Origin: a virus
Lineage: Duplodnaviria; Caudoviricetes
Direction: 5' to 3' (one strand)
Virus record (IMG/VR): IMGVR_UViG_3300029305_005547
Span: 192,001-256,000 of that record
DNA: 64,000 bases
Shown here: piece after piece, positions 39,786 to 50,283 of the stretch
How the letters are laid out: every line of letters begins with the position of its first letter
Numbering within the stretch: the first letter of the stretch is position 1
Notes under the pieces: model-generated
Told to the model about the DNA's origin: nothing
Databases searched by the model: none
Seen by the model: only the letters and a program-made list of their open reading frames with translations
Position numbers and translations under genes: made by a program

Positions 39786-40496
39786 TTATTCATATTTTGT
39801 GGTTGCATCTCCGTCTTCTTTGATGAGACCTTTGCTGTATACACAAGGCTTAAATGATATCTCGATACCATCTTCCATAAGCCTTGCATAAATATCATAA
39901 CATCCTGCCATGTTCATGCGAAGTTCCCACTTATCCTCTTCCGCTCTCTTAAGCTTCATGAACTCTACTACCTTATCATGGATAGAACAGAAAATAGGCA
40001 TAATAATTTCCGGATTTGCACCCTGAATAGATAATTCAGAACTTACCTTATCAACTGCTAACTTCGTAATCTGCTTCACGTCATCAATAGATGTAGTGAT
40101 ATTAGATTCGTTCCACTGAGTACATCTGATAACAGACTTATCTTCTGTTTCATCAACCTCAGTAAGCTTATCATTTTCAATATGCTTAATGAACGGCATA
40201 AAGTTACCAAGTTTCTCAAGATCCTGGTTTTCTTCAACATCAAAACTTGTTGTAAAACCAATCTCAAGTCTGTTAGCGATAATAATAGAATGAGACTCCT
40301 TTGTCTTCTGAAGAGACTTAAGGTGTTTCATAATACAGTCAAATACAACTGCATAAATTGAGATGGGAACTGCATTACTTCCCATTTTGATTTTGAAATT
40401 ACGGTAAATATCCGGACGAGCCATTTCCGCAATTGTTTCGATATAGTCGCGATCTTCCACAACTACATTGTCAAAATACTCTTCTGCTTTTGTCAT
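39786..40496 (-). CDS. hypothetical protein with an apparent internal duplication
   Basis: Two similar halves (IYAVVFDCIMKHLK / IFCSIHDKVVEFMK); lies upstream of RNAP beta. Confidence 0.7.
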   Translation of the reverse strand: MTKAEEYFDNVVVEDRDYIETIAEMARPDIYRNFKIKMGSNAVPISIYAVVFDCIMKHLKSLQKTKESHSIIIANRLEIGFTTSFDVEENQDLEKLGNFMPFIKHIENDKLTEVDETEDKSVIRCTQWNESNITTSIDDVKQITKLAVDKVSSELSIQGANPEIIMPIFCSIHDKVVEFMKLKRAEEDKWELRMNMAGCYDIYARLMEDGIEISFKPCVYSKGLIKEDGDATTKYE

Positions 40497-41089
40497 TACT
40501 TCTGACCTCCTGATTTAGAATTTCCAAAGGTACCTTTTGTGGTACGGATATTAAGTCTTGTTCCAACGGAATTGTGATGGTTAGACCCTCCATTTCTGTT
40601 TCCGTTATAAGGCTTCTTACCAGACTGCTGATGGAAATTCTTCTGTCCACCCCTATTGTTATAGGGTTTCTTACCGGAATTCCCTTTGTTAGCCATACGC
40701 TTCTTCTTGCGTTCTTCTTCCTGCTTTCTTACAGTCTCTTCAAGCTCACGTATCCACTTTACCTCTGATAATAATATATCTTTGAGATAATGAAGTGCCA
40801 CATTAGGAGAATTGATTGTGGAATTTTCAAACAGCATATTCAACGTTCTGCCATTTATAATAAAGCTTGTTACGGTTTTCTTGTTTTCGAAGATGTACAG
40901 AGCAATCTTATACTCTTTAGATCTGTCACTCTTCTTGTTACGAATGACAAACACAAATGTCAGTGAACCGTTCTCTTCTTTTGAAGTATCAGGACGGAAA
41001 CTGATTGCGTAATCGGAAGCTTCTTTTCCGAGTTCAGTTACAAGTTCTTTCAAGGACTTAATATAATCCTGGGTGTTCATCAATTTCAT
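40496..41089 (-). CDS. hypothetical protein with a basic N/G/Q-rich low-complexity tail
   Basis: SGKKPYN occurs twice in the tail. Confidence 0.75.
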   Translation of the reverse strand: MKLMNTQDYIKSLKELVTELGKEASDYAISFRPDTSKEENGSLTFVFVIRNKKSDRSKEYKIALYIFENKKTVTSFIINGRTLNMLFENSTINSPNVALHYLKDILLSEVKWIRELEETVRKQEEERKKKRMANKGNSGKKPYNNRGGQKNFHQQSGKKPYNGNRNGGSNHHNSVGTRLNIRTTKGTFGNSKSGGQK

Positions 41090-41109
41090 ATGGTATTTTA
41101 TCCTTTCTT

Positions 41110-41661
41110 TTACTCTTCATCAACAATGTTGAATAAGTTGATGTTTTCCATGAGCTTGTTAGTGTCGATCTTATAAACAGCATCGACAAGTTCTGCTTTT
41201 GATAAAGCATCTTTAGCAACAGCAAGATCTGTTTCTGTAATTTCACCATCGGTAGAATAGTGCGCAAATACTTCTTCGATAGGTTCATGTGTTTCAGCAT
41301 GAAGAACTTCCTTGTTCGGTGTTACTGTTACAGGAACCAGTGCTCTTTCATCACCGTTAATGGTTACTTCAAGAACAAACAGACCTTTGCATCTTTCTGA
41401 AATATCATTAAAAGATTTAATTCCGGGATCATTAATCTTTTCCCAGATAATGAATTCTGACAAAGTATCGTCAGCAATTTCATCTTTAAGCATGTTACGT
41501 AATACTTTCTCAACCTTTTCAGGTTTCGATTTCTTCTTTTTCTTTTTCTTTTTACCAGAGTCTTCAATACCAAAGATATTCTGGTTTTTACTCTTTTTGA
41601 TCTTGGTGTCATGTTTGGATTTTCCACCAAACACTTTAGAGTAATCGCTCTTTTTACTCAT
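41110..41661 (-). CDS. hypothetical protein with a poly-Lys N-terminus
   Basis: AAGGAAGG RBS before ATG 41661; KKKKKKKK tract. Confidence 0.75.
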   Translation of the reverse strand: MSKKSDYSKVFGGKSKHDTKIKKSKNQNIFGIEDSGKKKKKKKKSKPEKVEKVLRNMLKDEIADDTLSEFIIWEKINDPGIKSFNDISERCKGLFVLEVTINGDERALVPVTVTPNKEVLHAETHEPIEEVFAHYSTDGEITETDLAVAKDALSKAELVDAVYKIDTNKLMENINLFNIVDEE

Positions 41662-41758
41662 TGGGTTAACCTTCCTTTCAAACCGTAATAAGTCAATAAT
41701 GACCAGTAAGTAAATGTGCCTTGAAAAATGATAAATTATCCAAGGCACATTTTATAGA

Positions 41759-42274
41759 TTAATCTTCATCTGAAGACTTACTGTTTTTAATGACCTTAGC
41801 TAAAAATCCCTTAGGAACTTCCATCTTTTTAACAGAACTACCATAAAGAATTTTGTTAACGTTTACATCAGAATCCATAGATTCTAATTTCTTTCTAAGC
41901 CAGTCTTTGTAACTATCACCCGACTTAGATAAAGCAATTCTCGGGAATTCAAACTCATCAGACTTAATGATATATGTCTCAAGCTTTGTATCACCTACTA
42001 ATGCTCGAACAACATATATTCCTTCACCATCATTCTTCAAGAAATCAGCATAAGGAACATACACAGAATCGTTACTAGGTTGACACTTCTTATCAGCCTT
42101 AATAATCGAATAACAAGAATGATTTTCTAAAGTAGAATTTACTCCTTTAGTTTTCTTCTTTTTCTTCTTGTCTTTGTCTTTCTCCTTACCGTGCTTCTTT
42201 TCTTTGGATTCCTTGTTCTTTTTCTTCTTACCGGAATCTATCATTCCGTCAAGAGTCCAATAATTGCTACCCAT
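41759..42274 (-). CDS. hypothetical protein with a Lys-rich N-terminus
   Basis: AAGGAGG RBS. Confidence 0.75.
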   Translation of the reverse strand: MGSNYWTLDGMIDSGKKKKNKESKEKKHGKEKDKDKKKKKKTKGVNSTLENHSCYSIIKADKKCQPSNDSVYVPYADFLKNDGEGIYVVRALVGDTKLETYIIKSDEFEFPRIALSKSGDSYKDWLRKKLESMDSDVNVNKILYGSSVKKMEVPKGFLAKVIKNSKSSDED

Positions 42275-42330
42275 GCATTTCTCCTCCTTAATATGGTATT
42301 TTCTAGAACTTGGGTTAGTTCTTATATAAA

Positions 42331-44457
42331 TTAATTTCCGTATCTTCTTTGAATAACGGATTTCAATTTATCAATTTCCACAATTCGAACACCGTGTTTC
42401 TTTGCAAGTTTAACTTTACCAGATGTTGTGTCCAAATTAGGTACTACAAGTATTGAAGTTTTTGCATTTACATTATCTACAACTTCTCCACCCATATTAA
42501 TAATATATGTCTCAAGTTCAATATCTCGAACCTTGGTGAAACACACTGTAAACTTGGCATTTGATATATCTTTGTGATAAATGTCAAGTTCTTTCCATAA
42601 AAACTTAATGAGTGATTTATTATCTTTAATTCCAGATATTAACTTCTTGGCTTTCTTTTCACCAATTCCTTCGATCTCTGTTAAAGCTTCAATATCACCA
42701 GATTCAATGATATCCATAAATTCATCGAAATCATATTTTGATAAAATCCTTGAAAAGTTCTTTTCCGCAATTCCATCAATACCTAAAGCACCAAGAACCA
42801 AATAATCAGGAACTCGTCTTTTATCATTTATCTGGTCTATCCAGTTATTAAAGCTTACTTCACCAAAACCTGGAATAGAGCAAATAAGTTTTCCGTGTTT
42901 ATGAAGTTTATATATATCTTCAATACTTTGTAAAATACCAAGATCATAAAGTTCATCAACTGTAGCATATGAGATATCTTGTATACGTAATTTTACAAGA
43001 TAATTTAAGATACGACCTTTCTTTCTGCAATCACAGTTTACATTGTTACATACCAAAAATGCACCTTGACGTTCAAGTTTAGATCCGCAGCTTGGACATT
43101 TTTCTTTAGGTTTAATTGGGCTATTTCCGCTTCTATCAAATTCACATTCACCATCGATTGTAGCGTATGGAATAATGTCATAAAGTATTTTCACTTTATC
43201 ACCTTTTGCAAGGTGAAGTTCATTAAATCTATCCATATTACTAAGTGATGCTGATGATATTGTATTTCCTTTAAGCTTTACAGGTTTAATTTTAACAACT
43301 GGTGTAATTCTTCCTAATAATCCAACCTGGAACTCAATATCTTCAACGGTAGTATACTCATATTCTTCAGTAAATTTGTATGCTACTTCAAAAGCATTCT
43401 TATCATTTTCTCTACCAAGAATACGTTGGATATTTTCATCTTTTATATGAATTACGCATCCATCACATCTTAATCCTTCGGTAAATCTATGATCTTGTGC
43501 AAACTCTTCAATTTTATCGTAATCTCCAAGTTTACACATAATGAATGGATGATCAAACACTTCAGGACACAGTTTCTCGACATCATCATTTTTCGTAATA
43601 TATCTAAGCTGCATTATAACCAGATATTTATTTCGTTCATCAGGTTTATCGGAATTAATAATACCACTAGCAATAGATCTTGATTGTTTATAGTCCTTAC
43701 CATACATAGCATTATATTCAAGAACAGATTCTTCTAATACCATAACTTCAGTTTTAAGACCATATTCTTCGGAATCTTCACTACCACCTTCTAATCGTCT
43801 AATAGGTCGTTTAAGTCCTCTAAAATGGTGGGTAATATCTTCTGCTGTATTAAATTTGGTATATCCTCGTGTCAAAGCTTTTATTAAAGTTCCATCTTCT
43901 TCAAATTCAAATATAACTGAAACCCCATCCCATTTAGGAAATACATACACATCAAGATCTCTAAAATTTATATGTTTTCCGGTTTTCTGGTAATAAGATT
44001 TCTCAGCAGATTCAATCCACATATCAAGTGATTTTCTTGATTTATTTTCTTTTTCAGTCGGATGGTGTAAATAATGAATTTTACTTAAGGTACCTCTAAG
44101 CTTTGGAAATGAATGATAAGAAACTTCTTTATTCTTTTCATTCATAAGGGGTAAAGTAACAAAGTCTTCTTTACCATTTAAAGTAAGCATTTCATACAAT
44201 TTATCATACTCACTATCAGTTAATCCGGTATCTAATCCTGAATAAGTGTAGATATAATATGCGATATCTACAATGTTTCCAATTATAGCAGCCGTTGATT
44301 CATCTAATGCAGTCATGCCACTATCAAATTCTTTAATTATAGTATGAATAAATTCTTGATTATCTCTACGACGTAAAACGTTGGATGCTTCATCAACACT
44401 TATTGTACCTTTTTCTAGTCCAAGTTTTACGTCAGTTAATTCAATAACTCGTTTCAT
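42331..44457 (-). CDS. ligA: NAD-dependent DNA ligase
   Basis: DSEYD, adenylation motif KWDG, TRG, DGCV, AYKF, VGLLGRITPV, C4 Zn finger, HhH and C-terminal BRCT. Confidence 0.95.
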   Translation of the reverse strand: MKRVIELTDVKLGLEKGTISVDEASNVLRRRDNQEFIHTIIKEFDSGMTALDESTAAIIGNIVDIAYYIYTYSGLDTGLTDSEYDKLYEMLTLNGKEDFVTLPLMNEKNKEVSYHSFPKLRGTLSKIHYLHHPTEKENKSRKSLDMWIESAEKSYYQKTGKHINFRDLDVYVFPKWDGVSVIFEFEEDGTLIKALTRGYTKFNTAEDITHHFRGLKRPIRRLEGGSEDSEEYGLKTEVMVLEESVLEYNAMYGKDYKQSRSIASGIINSDKPDERNKYLVIMQLRYITKNDDVEKLCPEVFDHPFIMCKLGDYDKIEEFAQDHRFTEGLRCDGCVIHIKDENIQRILGRENDKNAFEVAYKFTEEYEYTTVEDIEFQVGLLGRITPVVKIKPVKLKGNTISSASLSNMDRFNELHLAKGDKVKILYDIIPYATIDGECEFDRSGNSPIKPKEKCPSCGSKLERQGAFLVCNNVNCDCRKKGRILNYLVKLRIQDISYATVDELYDLGILQSIEDIYKLHKHGKLICSIPGFGEVSFNNWIDQINDKRRVPDYLVLGALGIDGIAEKNFSRILSKYDFDEFMDIIESGDIEALTEIEGIGEKKAKKLISGIKDNKSLIKFLWKELDIYHKDISNAKFTVCFTKVRDIELETYIINMGGEVVDNVNAKTSILVVPNLDTTSGKVKLAKKHGVRIVEIDKLKSVIQRRYGN

Positions 44458-44564
44458 TGTTTATTCTCCTTTATTTTTAATATAAAAACAATTTAGTAAT
44501 CAGAATGGTCTGATATAAAAATACCATACAATTTTTTCATTGGATTAGGGTTCCTTAACAATGC

Positions 44565-44594
44565 GTTGACAGATACTTGCCGGTATCTGTCAAC
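44565..44594. terminator. perfect 12-bp stem-loop in the ligase leader
   Basis: GTTGACAGATAC/GTATCTGTCAAC. Confidence 0.55.
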
Positions 44595-44647
44595 TTCTCG
44601 TTTCCAATGGTAATTACTAATAAAATAATATATTATCACAGATTAAA

Positions 44648-44679
44648 AACCTGGTAACCCTAAAAAAGGTTACCAGGTT
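44648..44679 (-). terminator. intrinsic terminator after the holin-like gene
   Basis: AACCTGGTAACC/GGTTACCAGGTT plus U-run. Confidence 0.75.
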
Positions 44680-44684
44680 ATATT

Positions 44685-45056
44685 TTATTCTTCGTTTTCG
44701 ACAGATTCTGCGGAATCATTCTTTTTCCCGTCATCAAGTAAATCCTTAATTTGAACAAACCATTTCTGAAGGATTACTCTAATCATATCGGGAGTTGTGA
44801 AAAGCTTAACTACTTTAGGCAACATTTCGTATGCCTTTTCGCAAACCCAGTCCATCTTTTCAGCACCAGCACCAGATTCAACAAACAAATGCTCTGCCTT
44901 GAGGAACAACTGGTATACATCTTCTCTAATTCCTTCAATACTACGGTTCCTGATATATAACACGATTAATGCTACAACGATAACAACCGATGCAACAATA
45001 ATAGCTACAACAGGAGTACTGACATTAGGAATATTTGCAGAAAACATAGCTTTCAT
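44685..45056 (-). CDS. holin-like protein (LL-H-type)
   Basis: N-terminal TM helix followed by AE...GAGAEKM.WV. Confidence 0.6.
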   Translation of the reverse strand: MKAMFSANIPNVSTPVVAIIVASVVIVVALIVLYIRNRSIEGIREDVYQLFLKAEHLFVESGAGAEKMDWVCEKAYEMLPKVVKLFTTPDMIRVILQKWFVQIKDLLDDGKKNDSAESVENEE

Positions 45057-45261
45057 TCTTTATTACCTCCTTATCAAGAATAACTGCTAGCCAATTCTAG
45101 CTTATTATAATGTCATCTTTATAAAACAAAAAATTGTGAGGATAAGCATTGAGCTTATCCTCTGGTAAAAGTACAATGAAGGTATTAGATACGCAGAATT
45201 TATTCTATTTTACTGCCTAAATAATTGTTACTTTATGATTAGATTTTATTACTAAAAATAA

Positions 45262-45296
45262 AAAGACTAGAGCGGAATTAACCGCCCTAGTCTCTT
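45262..45296 (-). terminator. terminator after the major capsid gene
   Basis: AGACTAGGGCGG/CCGCTCTAGTCT on the minus strand plus U-run. Confidence 0.75.
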
Positions 45297-45330
45297 ATAG
45301 GTTTATTCAGTATCTACCAATATCCTTCGA

Positions 45331-47076
45331 TTAGCGATTGAAGCTAGAATCGATGAACTCAGCATTGCTGAAGGTTACCAGACCCTGGATACCCTGAACA
45401 GCTGCATCTGTGTAACGAGATACACCCATCAGGTTGGTGTAAGAACCGCCAGGAAGATCAGGAGCCTTGTAAGCGCTGTCCTTAGCAGTAAGGATATGGG
45501 TATTGTACTTAAAGTGCTTAAAGGTCATCTGAGCAGGATTCAATGCGATAGGCACGATTCTCAATCCCTGATGATTAGGATGCTTCTCATCAAACTTGAG
45601 TGCAGAAACAACCTGAACCTTTACATTACCGGTAGTCATAACACCATAGCTGTAGTTATGCTTAATACCGCCGGTTGTGCTACCCTGGTTAAGAACCCAG
45701 TTAACGTTCTTGCCAAGCAGAGAAACGTACTTAGGATTACCATAGATAACAAAAGTCAAATCTTCCATCTTAGCAGTATTGGTCAAATCAATGATGAAAC
45801 GATCGATTTCCCACTTAAGCTGCTTCTCGATGTACTCTGACTGCAATGCAACAGTCTGAATTGTAGAATCACAGTTGAAATCCTTAAATCTTACAAAGCT
45901 GTTCCACTGAAGAGGATCCAGCTCAAGACCGGTAAAGTGATCAAACTGCTCATCCAAGAAGTCGATAACCTGAGAATCCTCCATCTGAGTAAGGTACTCA
46001 GCCATGTTATCATATGTCTTCTTATAGAGATCCATATTAAGCAGAGCCTTTGCATCATCGAGCTGCTCGATGCTGTAAGGGATGTTTACTCTGTGACCGT
46101 CTTCAATCTTCCATTCACGCTCTTCACGAGTGTAATCGAAAGATACGGCTCTTTCATTCTTTTCATTGCTCAGGTAGCCTTCGAAGATAACTCCGGTAAC
46201 AGCACCAGATGCAGAAGAAAGAGTTACAGTGTTGCTGATGAAGTCAACGTTACCGGAAAGCATATCCTTAACTTCAACTTCATTACCTTCAGCGTCAGTA
46301 TACTTAGCATCAATGTTACCACCCATCCACTGAGAAGTATGAACATTGATCCACATATTTACAGGAATCTGTACATCGCCGGCTACTACTGCCTTGATCT
46401 TAAGATTGAAGGTAAACTTCTCTCTTGCAGGAACAACAGCATCAGTCAAATTGCCGATGATATCATAATTGAAAATAGGCAGCTTAACAACGTCTTCCTT
46501 GATAGGCAGACCCTTACCTGCTGCATAAATGGTCTTATAATCTTCATTGTAGAAGCACTGAGGATATCTCCAACGATCCTGAGTCTGGTTGTCAACAATC
46601 CAAACCTGCTCCATCTGCTTCTTGATTACAGGACTCTTGGTTACTTCAGTCTGAAGAATATCTTTGGTAGCCAAAGACAGATGCTGCTTAACCAATACAG
46701 GATAATCGATAGCCTTAATAGGCATCAACTGACCTACTGTAGTAGACTCACGTACGAAGTCTGCAGTACAGTTATCCCACAGCTGGGAAACCTGGTTATA
46801 CATATTGGAGTATGCACCCCACTTATCAACATCACTTCTCTGATCAGACTCAGTCTTGATACTGGACAATGCGCTCTCCTTGAAAGCTGCCATGATCTCG
46901 GGATTCTTGATCATTGCTGCAATATCCATGAAATAATTAATTCTACTCTGTTCTAATTCGTTTACAGCTGCTTCAAAAGTAGCGTCAAAACCGTTCTCTT
47001 CGTTAGCGAGATTGAAACCACCGATAGTAGTAGCTGCATTGAAATCCTTTACAGATTCAAGAAATGCCAATGACAT
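45331..47076 (-). CDS. major capsid protein (precursor)
   Basis: 581 aa, strongly biased codon usage. YSIEQLDDAKALLNMD...EDSQVIDFL resembles the gp23-type spine region; N-terminal FLES, FKES and VRES sites. Confidence 0.75.
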   Translation of the reverse strand: MSLAFLESVKDFNAATTIGGFNLANEENGFDATFEAAVNELEQSRINYFMDIAAMIKNPEIMAAFKESALSSIKTESDQRSDVDKWGAYSNMYNQVSQLWDNCTADFVRESTTVGQLMPIKAIDYPVLVKQHLSLATKDILQTEVTKSPVIKKQMEQVWIVDNQTQDRWRYPQCFYNEDYKTIYAAGKGLPIKEDVVKLPIFNYDIIGNLTDAVVPAREKFTFNLKIKAVVAGDVQIPVNMWINVHTSQWMGGNIDAKYTDAEGNEVEVKDMLSGNVDFISNTVTLSSASGAVTGVIFEGYLSNEKNERAVSFDYTREEREWKIEDGHRVNIPYSIEQLDDAKALLNMDLYKKTYDNMAEYLTQMEDSQVIDFLDEQFDHFTGLELDPLQWNSFVRFKDFNCDSTIQTVALQSEYIEKQLKWEIDRFIIDLTNTAKMEDLTFVIYGNPKYVSLLGKNVNWVLNQGSTTGGIKHNYSYGVMTTGNVKVQVVSALKFDEKHPNHQGLRIVPIALNPAQMTFKHFKYNTHILTAKDSAYKAPDLPGGSYTNLMGVSRYTDAAVQGIQGLVTFSNAEFIDSSFNR

Positions 47077-47180
47077 TATCTCGTCCTCCTTTATATTTAT
47101 TTTTTAGTTTAACGTATAAGGGTTTCATAATACATATGTTTTAGGTTTATTACCTCAATAGAAGTAATTTTAAATTACTG

Positions 47181-48215
47181 TTATTTCTCATCTTTTGTAA
47201 TTTTATTTAAATTCATAAGTTCAAGTAATAACAGTGATGATGCTTTTATTTTTTCATAAAAGAATGAGTTCTGTAAGAAACTATCATTCTGAAATTTTAA
47301 AAGCATGTAATCTTTTAACAAATCTTCCAAAGCTTTGAACTTTATAAGTGCCTTATTAGCGGCATATTCAAACTTTATATTATCAGAAACACCAGTTTCT
47401 AATTTATCTATAAAGTATTGTACTGTGTTTAAAAGATTCATAAATCTCTTAAACAACTCATATTTTCTCATATCATCCTTTGTAATGGATGTTTCATCTG
47501 TACCAGCAGAAGGATCAACCGAAGTATCTGTACTAACAGCTGAAGAATCAGTTCCATCAGCAGCAGCTATATCAACTTCAGCACCTATATCTTCTGGCAT
47601 TTCACTGCCAGTAGCATCGATGACTTCATTTCCTTCTTGTATTTCTTCAGTAGGTTGTTCGCCCTCTGGTTGCTCTGCAGGTTGTTCTGTTGTATCCGTG
47701 CTAGTATCAGTAGTTTCACCTTCAGGTACTTCAACAGTTTGGTCATCATCAGATGTATCTTGATCTTCTGGTGATTCTATTTCTTCTGCAGGTACATCAT
47801 TTTGCGTTTGATCATCATCTAATGTCAAATCGTCAAAACTAATATCTTCAGGAATTTCAAAATCAGGCAATTCTTCATCACCGTCTATAGGTTCTTCACC
47901 AATATCATCAGGAATGTCATCTTGACCAATATTAAAATCATCTTCGTCACCTTCTATAGGTGTATCATTTAATAATTCATCATCTGCTAAATCATCACCT
48001 ATATCCATATCAAGTGAATCATAATCAGATAAATCATCTCCTAAAGAGTCTATATCATCAATATCAATCAATTCATCCGGATCAACCATTGATGTATAAT
48101 CCTTTCGAATTGGTCTTACTGAAATGACTCTAGGTTTTCTTTTCTTTTTAGGTGCTTCAGTAAAAATACCAAGCGACTCAAAAAGAGGTATTTCTCTAGC
48201 ATGTTTTACAATCAC
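47181..48215 (-). CDS. acidic putative scaffold/head protein
   Basis: Very D/E-rich; LFES and FTEA sites; directly upstream of the MCP gene. Confidence 0.6.
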   Translation of the reverse strand: MIVKHAREIPLFESLGIFTEAPKKKRKPRVISVRPIRKDYTSMVDPDELIDIDDIDSLGDDLSDYDSLDMDIGDDLADDELLNDTPIEGDEDDFNIGQDDIPDDIGEEPIDGDEELPDFEIPEDISFDDLTLDDDQTQNDVPAEEIESPEDQDTSDDDQTVEVPEGETTDTSTDTTEQPAEQPEGEQPTEEIQEGNEVIDATGSEMPEDIGAEVDIAAADGTDSSAVSTDTSVDPSAGTDETSITKDDMRKYELFKRFMNLLNTVQYFIDKLETGVSDNIKFEYAANKALIKFKALEDLLKDYMLLKFQNDSFLQNSFFYEKIKASSLLLLELMNLNKITKDEK

Positions 48216-48229
48216 TAGTCATTACCTCC

Positions 48230-50149
48230 TTAGATATATTTTCCGTTAGTACTTACACGTTCTTTCTGTCTAGCTAATTCATCTCGAATACGAATAAGTT
48301 GGTATCTTTGTTTTTGATCACCAGCTGCCATTGCATCTTCAATTTTAGCTTCGGTTACCTTGATTTCTGTATCAAGTTCTCGTGCAAATTCATTACGAAT
48401 TCTCTTATTTTTTTCTTTCGATAACTTTCTTCCAAACCAAACTACAGGAATAAGCATCTTTTTAGTATGCCATGCTAAACCATACGTAGCTGCAACTCTA
48501 AGATTCTTAATAACCTTTTTTCTATAACCGGGTTGCATCATATATGCTTTTCTTCGATCATCATCCATCTTGTCAAATCCTTGGATCATATCTTTTAACC
48601 CATTAAGAAGTCCAGCAGGAATCTTTAAAACTGCAGTACCTGCATTTTTAACAGCTGTACCAGTTTGTCTAAGTTTAGCAGAATTCTTTCTACTATTCTT
48701 ATGGGCATCCATTGCTTTATTTTGAACTTTTGTCAAAAAACCCTCTTTTACTTTCTGTGGTTTAGAATTGGTAGCGTTAGGATTCGAAGAATCAGGCAAG
48801 TCATCACTAGCTACCCTAGTAGACTTGGGAAGTTCCGCTTCATCGTCTTCTTCCTCTAAAGCATCTTCATCATCACTATCTTTAGATGAATTATTTGAAC
48901 CTTTTTTAACAGGTTCATCAATTTCTCTATACATACGATGTGATCTCTGAATTATCTTATTAGCAGACCCGTCCCCCGCTTTCTCAAAAAAAGAGGATTC
49001 ATTTGCTTCTACTTCAGAAACTGCTTCATTAATGAGTTTAAATGCATCACCTACACTGATGGGTCCTTCAATACCCATAGACTCCTTAATTACACTGAAA
49101 AGTTCAGTTTCAGGTAAAATATCAGTTTCTTCAAGAACCACATAATAATTCTGAATAGTCTGTCTAACAGATTCATACACATCATGTTTCATATTAAGAA
49201 GTTCAGCTTTTGTTGAAGCTCTTTCTTCTTTATACATTTCATCGAATACGGATTCTTCCATAATCGCATTTACTGCAGATCTGGAACTATCATATACAGG
49301 ATTAATCGTATCTTCAGCTGCTTCTTTGAATGCTGTCACAATTTCATCTGCAATATCCGCACGAATCATTCCATTAACCAAAGTTCTTAGTTGGATGTTA
49401 GAAAACTGGTTTACAGCTTCCATGAAACGTTCAGATAGTACAAGATTTTGTACAGTTTCGCACGAAACAAGATTTGTTGCTTTATTATCTCCACCAGTAG
49501 AGTTCTCATTTATCATAGATGAATAACTCTCACAAAGAACGCCTTCCAAACAAAGCTCCTTTGCATAAGGTGTCATATACATAACTTTCATCTGATGAGG
49601 GCATGACTTGATATAAGAATCAAAATCATTACAACCTGCATAAGGTACATCGTTACCAAATAAAGTTGTTGCGCACTCATCATTATTTTCAAGTCTCTTT
49701 TTACATAAAGCAGCATAGCAATTATCAAAGAATTCATCAGATACATCATCCTTGAACATACACATCTCAGTTGCACTTTCAGGAGATCTGCTCTTAAGGA
49801 TAGATCCTATTTCGTTAACTGCATCAGCGTACATCTTTTCCATACTAGGATGCATTTTCTCACGATTAGTCATCCAGTAATCTTCGATACACTGCTTAAT
49901 GGCAATCATATTACGATAAGGATTAGGAAATGCCTTAGCAACCCATCTCACAAAAGGAAGTCCAAACTGAGGTTCAGGTATAATATATTTCGCGTTCTTT
50001 ACTATAAAGGAAAGAGGCTTTCCAATATAATAGGTACGATAATCTCTTGCCGTTTCATCTGAATACTGACTCTTCAGATTTTCATATGCATGAATAATCT
50101 GCTTGGTATCAGTACCATTTAAAATTTTTTCTGTATCTAAAATCGGCAT
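48230..50149 (-). CDS. putative head/inner-body protein
   Basis: Late promoter at 50178-50190; several x-E-(S/A) sites; basic helical C-terminus. Confidence 0.6.
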   Translation of the reverse strand: MPILDTEKILNGTDTKQIIHAYENLKSQYSDETARDYRTYYIGKPLSFIVKNAKYIIPEPQFGLPFVRWVAKAFPNPYRNMIAIKQCIEDYWMTNREKMHPSMEKMYADAVNEIGSILKSRSPESATEMCMFKDDVSDEFFDNCYAALCKKRLENNDECATTLFGNDVPYAGCNDFDSYIKSCPHQMKVMYMTPYAKELCLEGVLCESYSSMINENSTGGDNKATNLVSCETVQNLVLSERFMEAVNQFSNIQLRTLVNGMIRADIADEIVTAFKEAAEDTINPVYDSSRSAVNAIMEESVFDEMYKEERASTKAELLNMKHDVYESVRQTIQNYYVVLEETDILPETELFSVIKESMGIEGPISVGDAFKLINEAVSEVEANESSFFEKAGDGSANKIIQRSHRMYREIDEPVKKGSNNSSKDSDDEDALEEEDDEAELPKSTRVASDDLPDSSNPNATNSKPQKVKEGFLTKVQNKAMDAHKNSRKNSAKLRQTGTAVKNAGTAVLKIPAGLLNGLKDMIQGFDKMDDDRRKAYMMQPGYRKKVIKNLRVAATYGLAWHTKKMLIPVVWFGRKLSKEKNKRIRNEFARELDTEIKVTEAKIEDAMAAGDQKQRYQLIRIRDELARQKERVSTNGKYI

Positions 50150-50283
50150 AACAGATACCTTCCTTTCTTATTTTTCGTTACATATTTGTTGATTTTAACA
50201 ATTATTATGCCTTCTAGCTGATGTTTTAACAAAAAACAATCAATTAACAGAATATCTATAATTCAACAAAAATAAAGGAAAGG

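Noticed and set aside
45496-46956. Long antisense ORFs opposite the capsid gene (also 7664-8194, 9885-10538, 56892-57557, 62237-62812)
   Set aside because: Shadow frames caused by biased codon usage of the real genes; no RBS or motifs.
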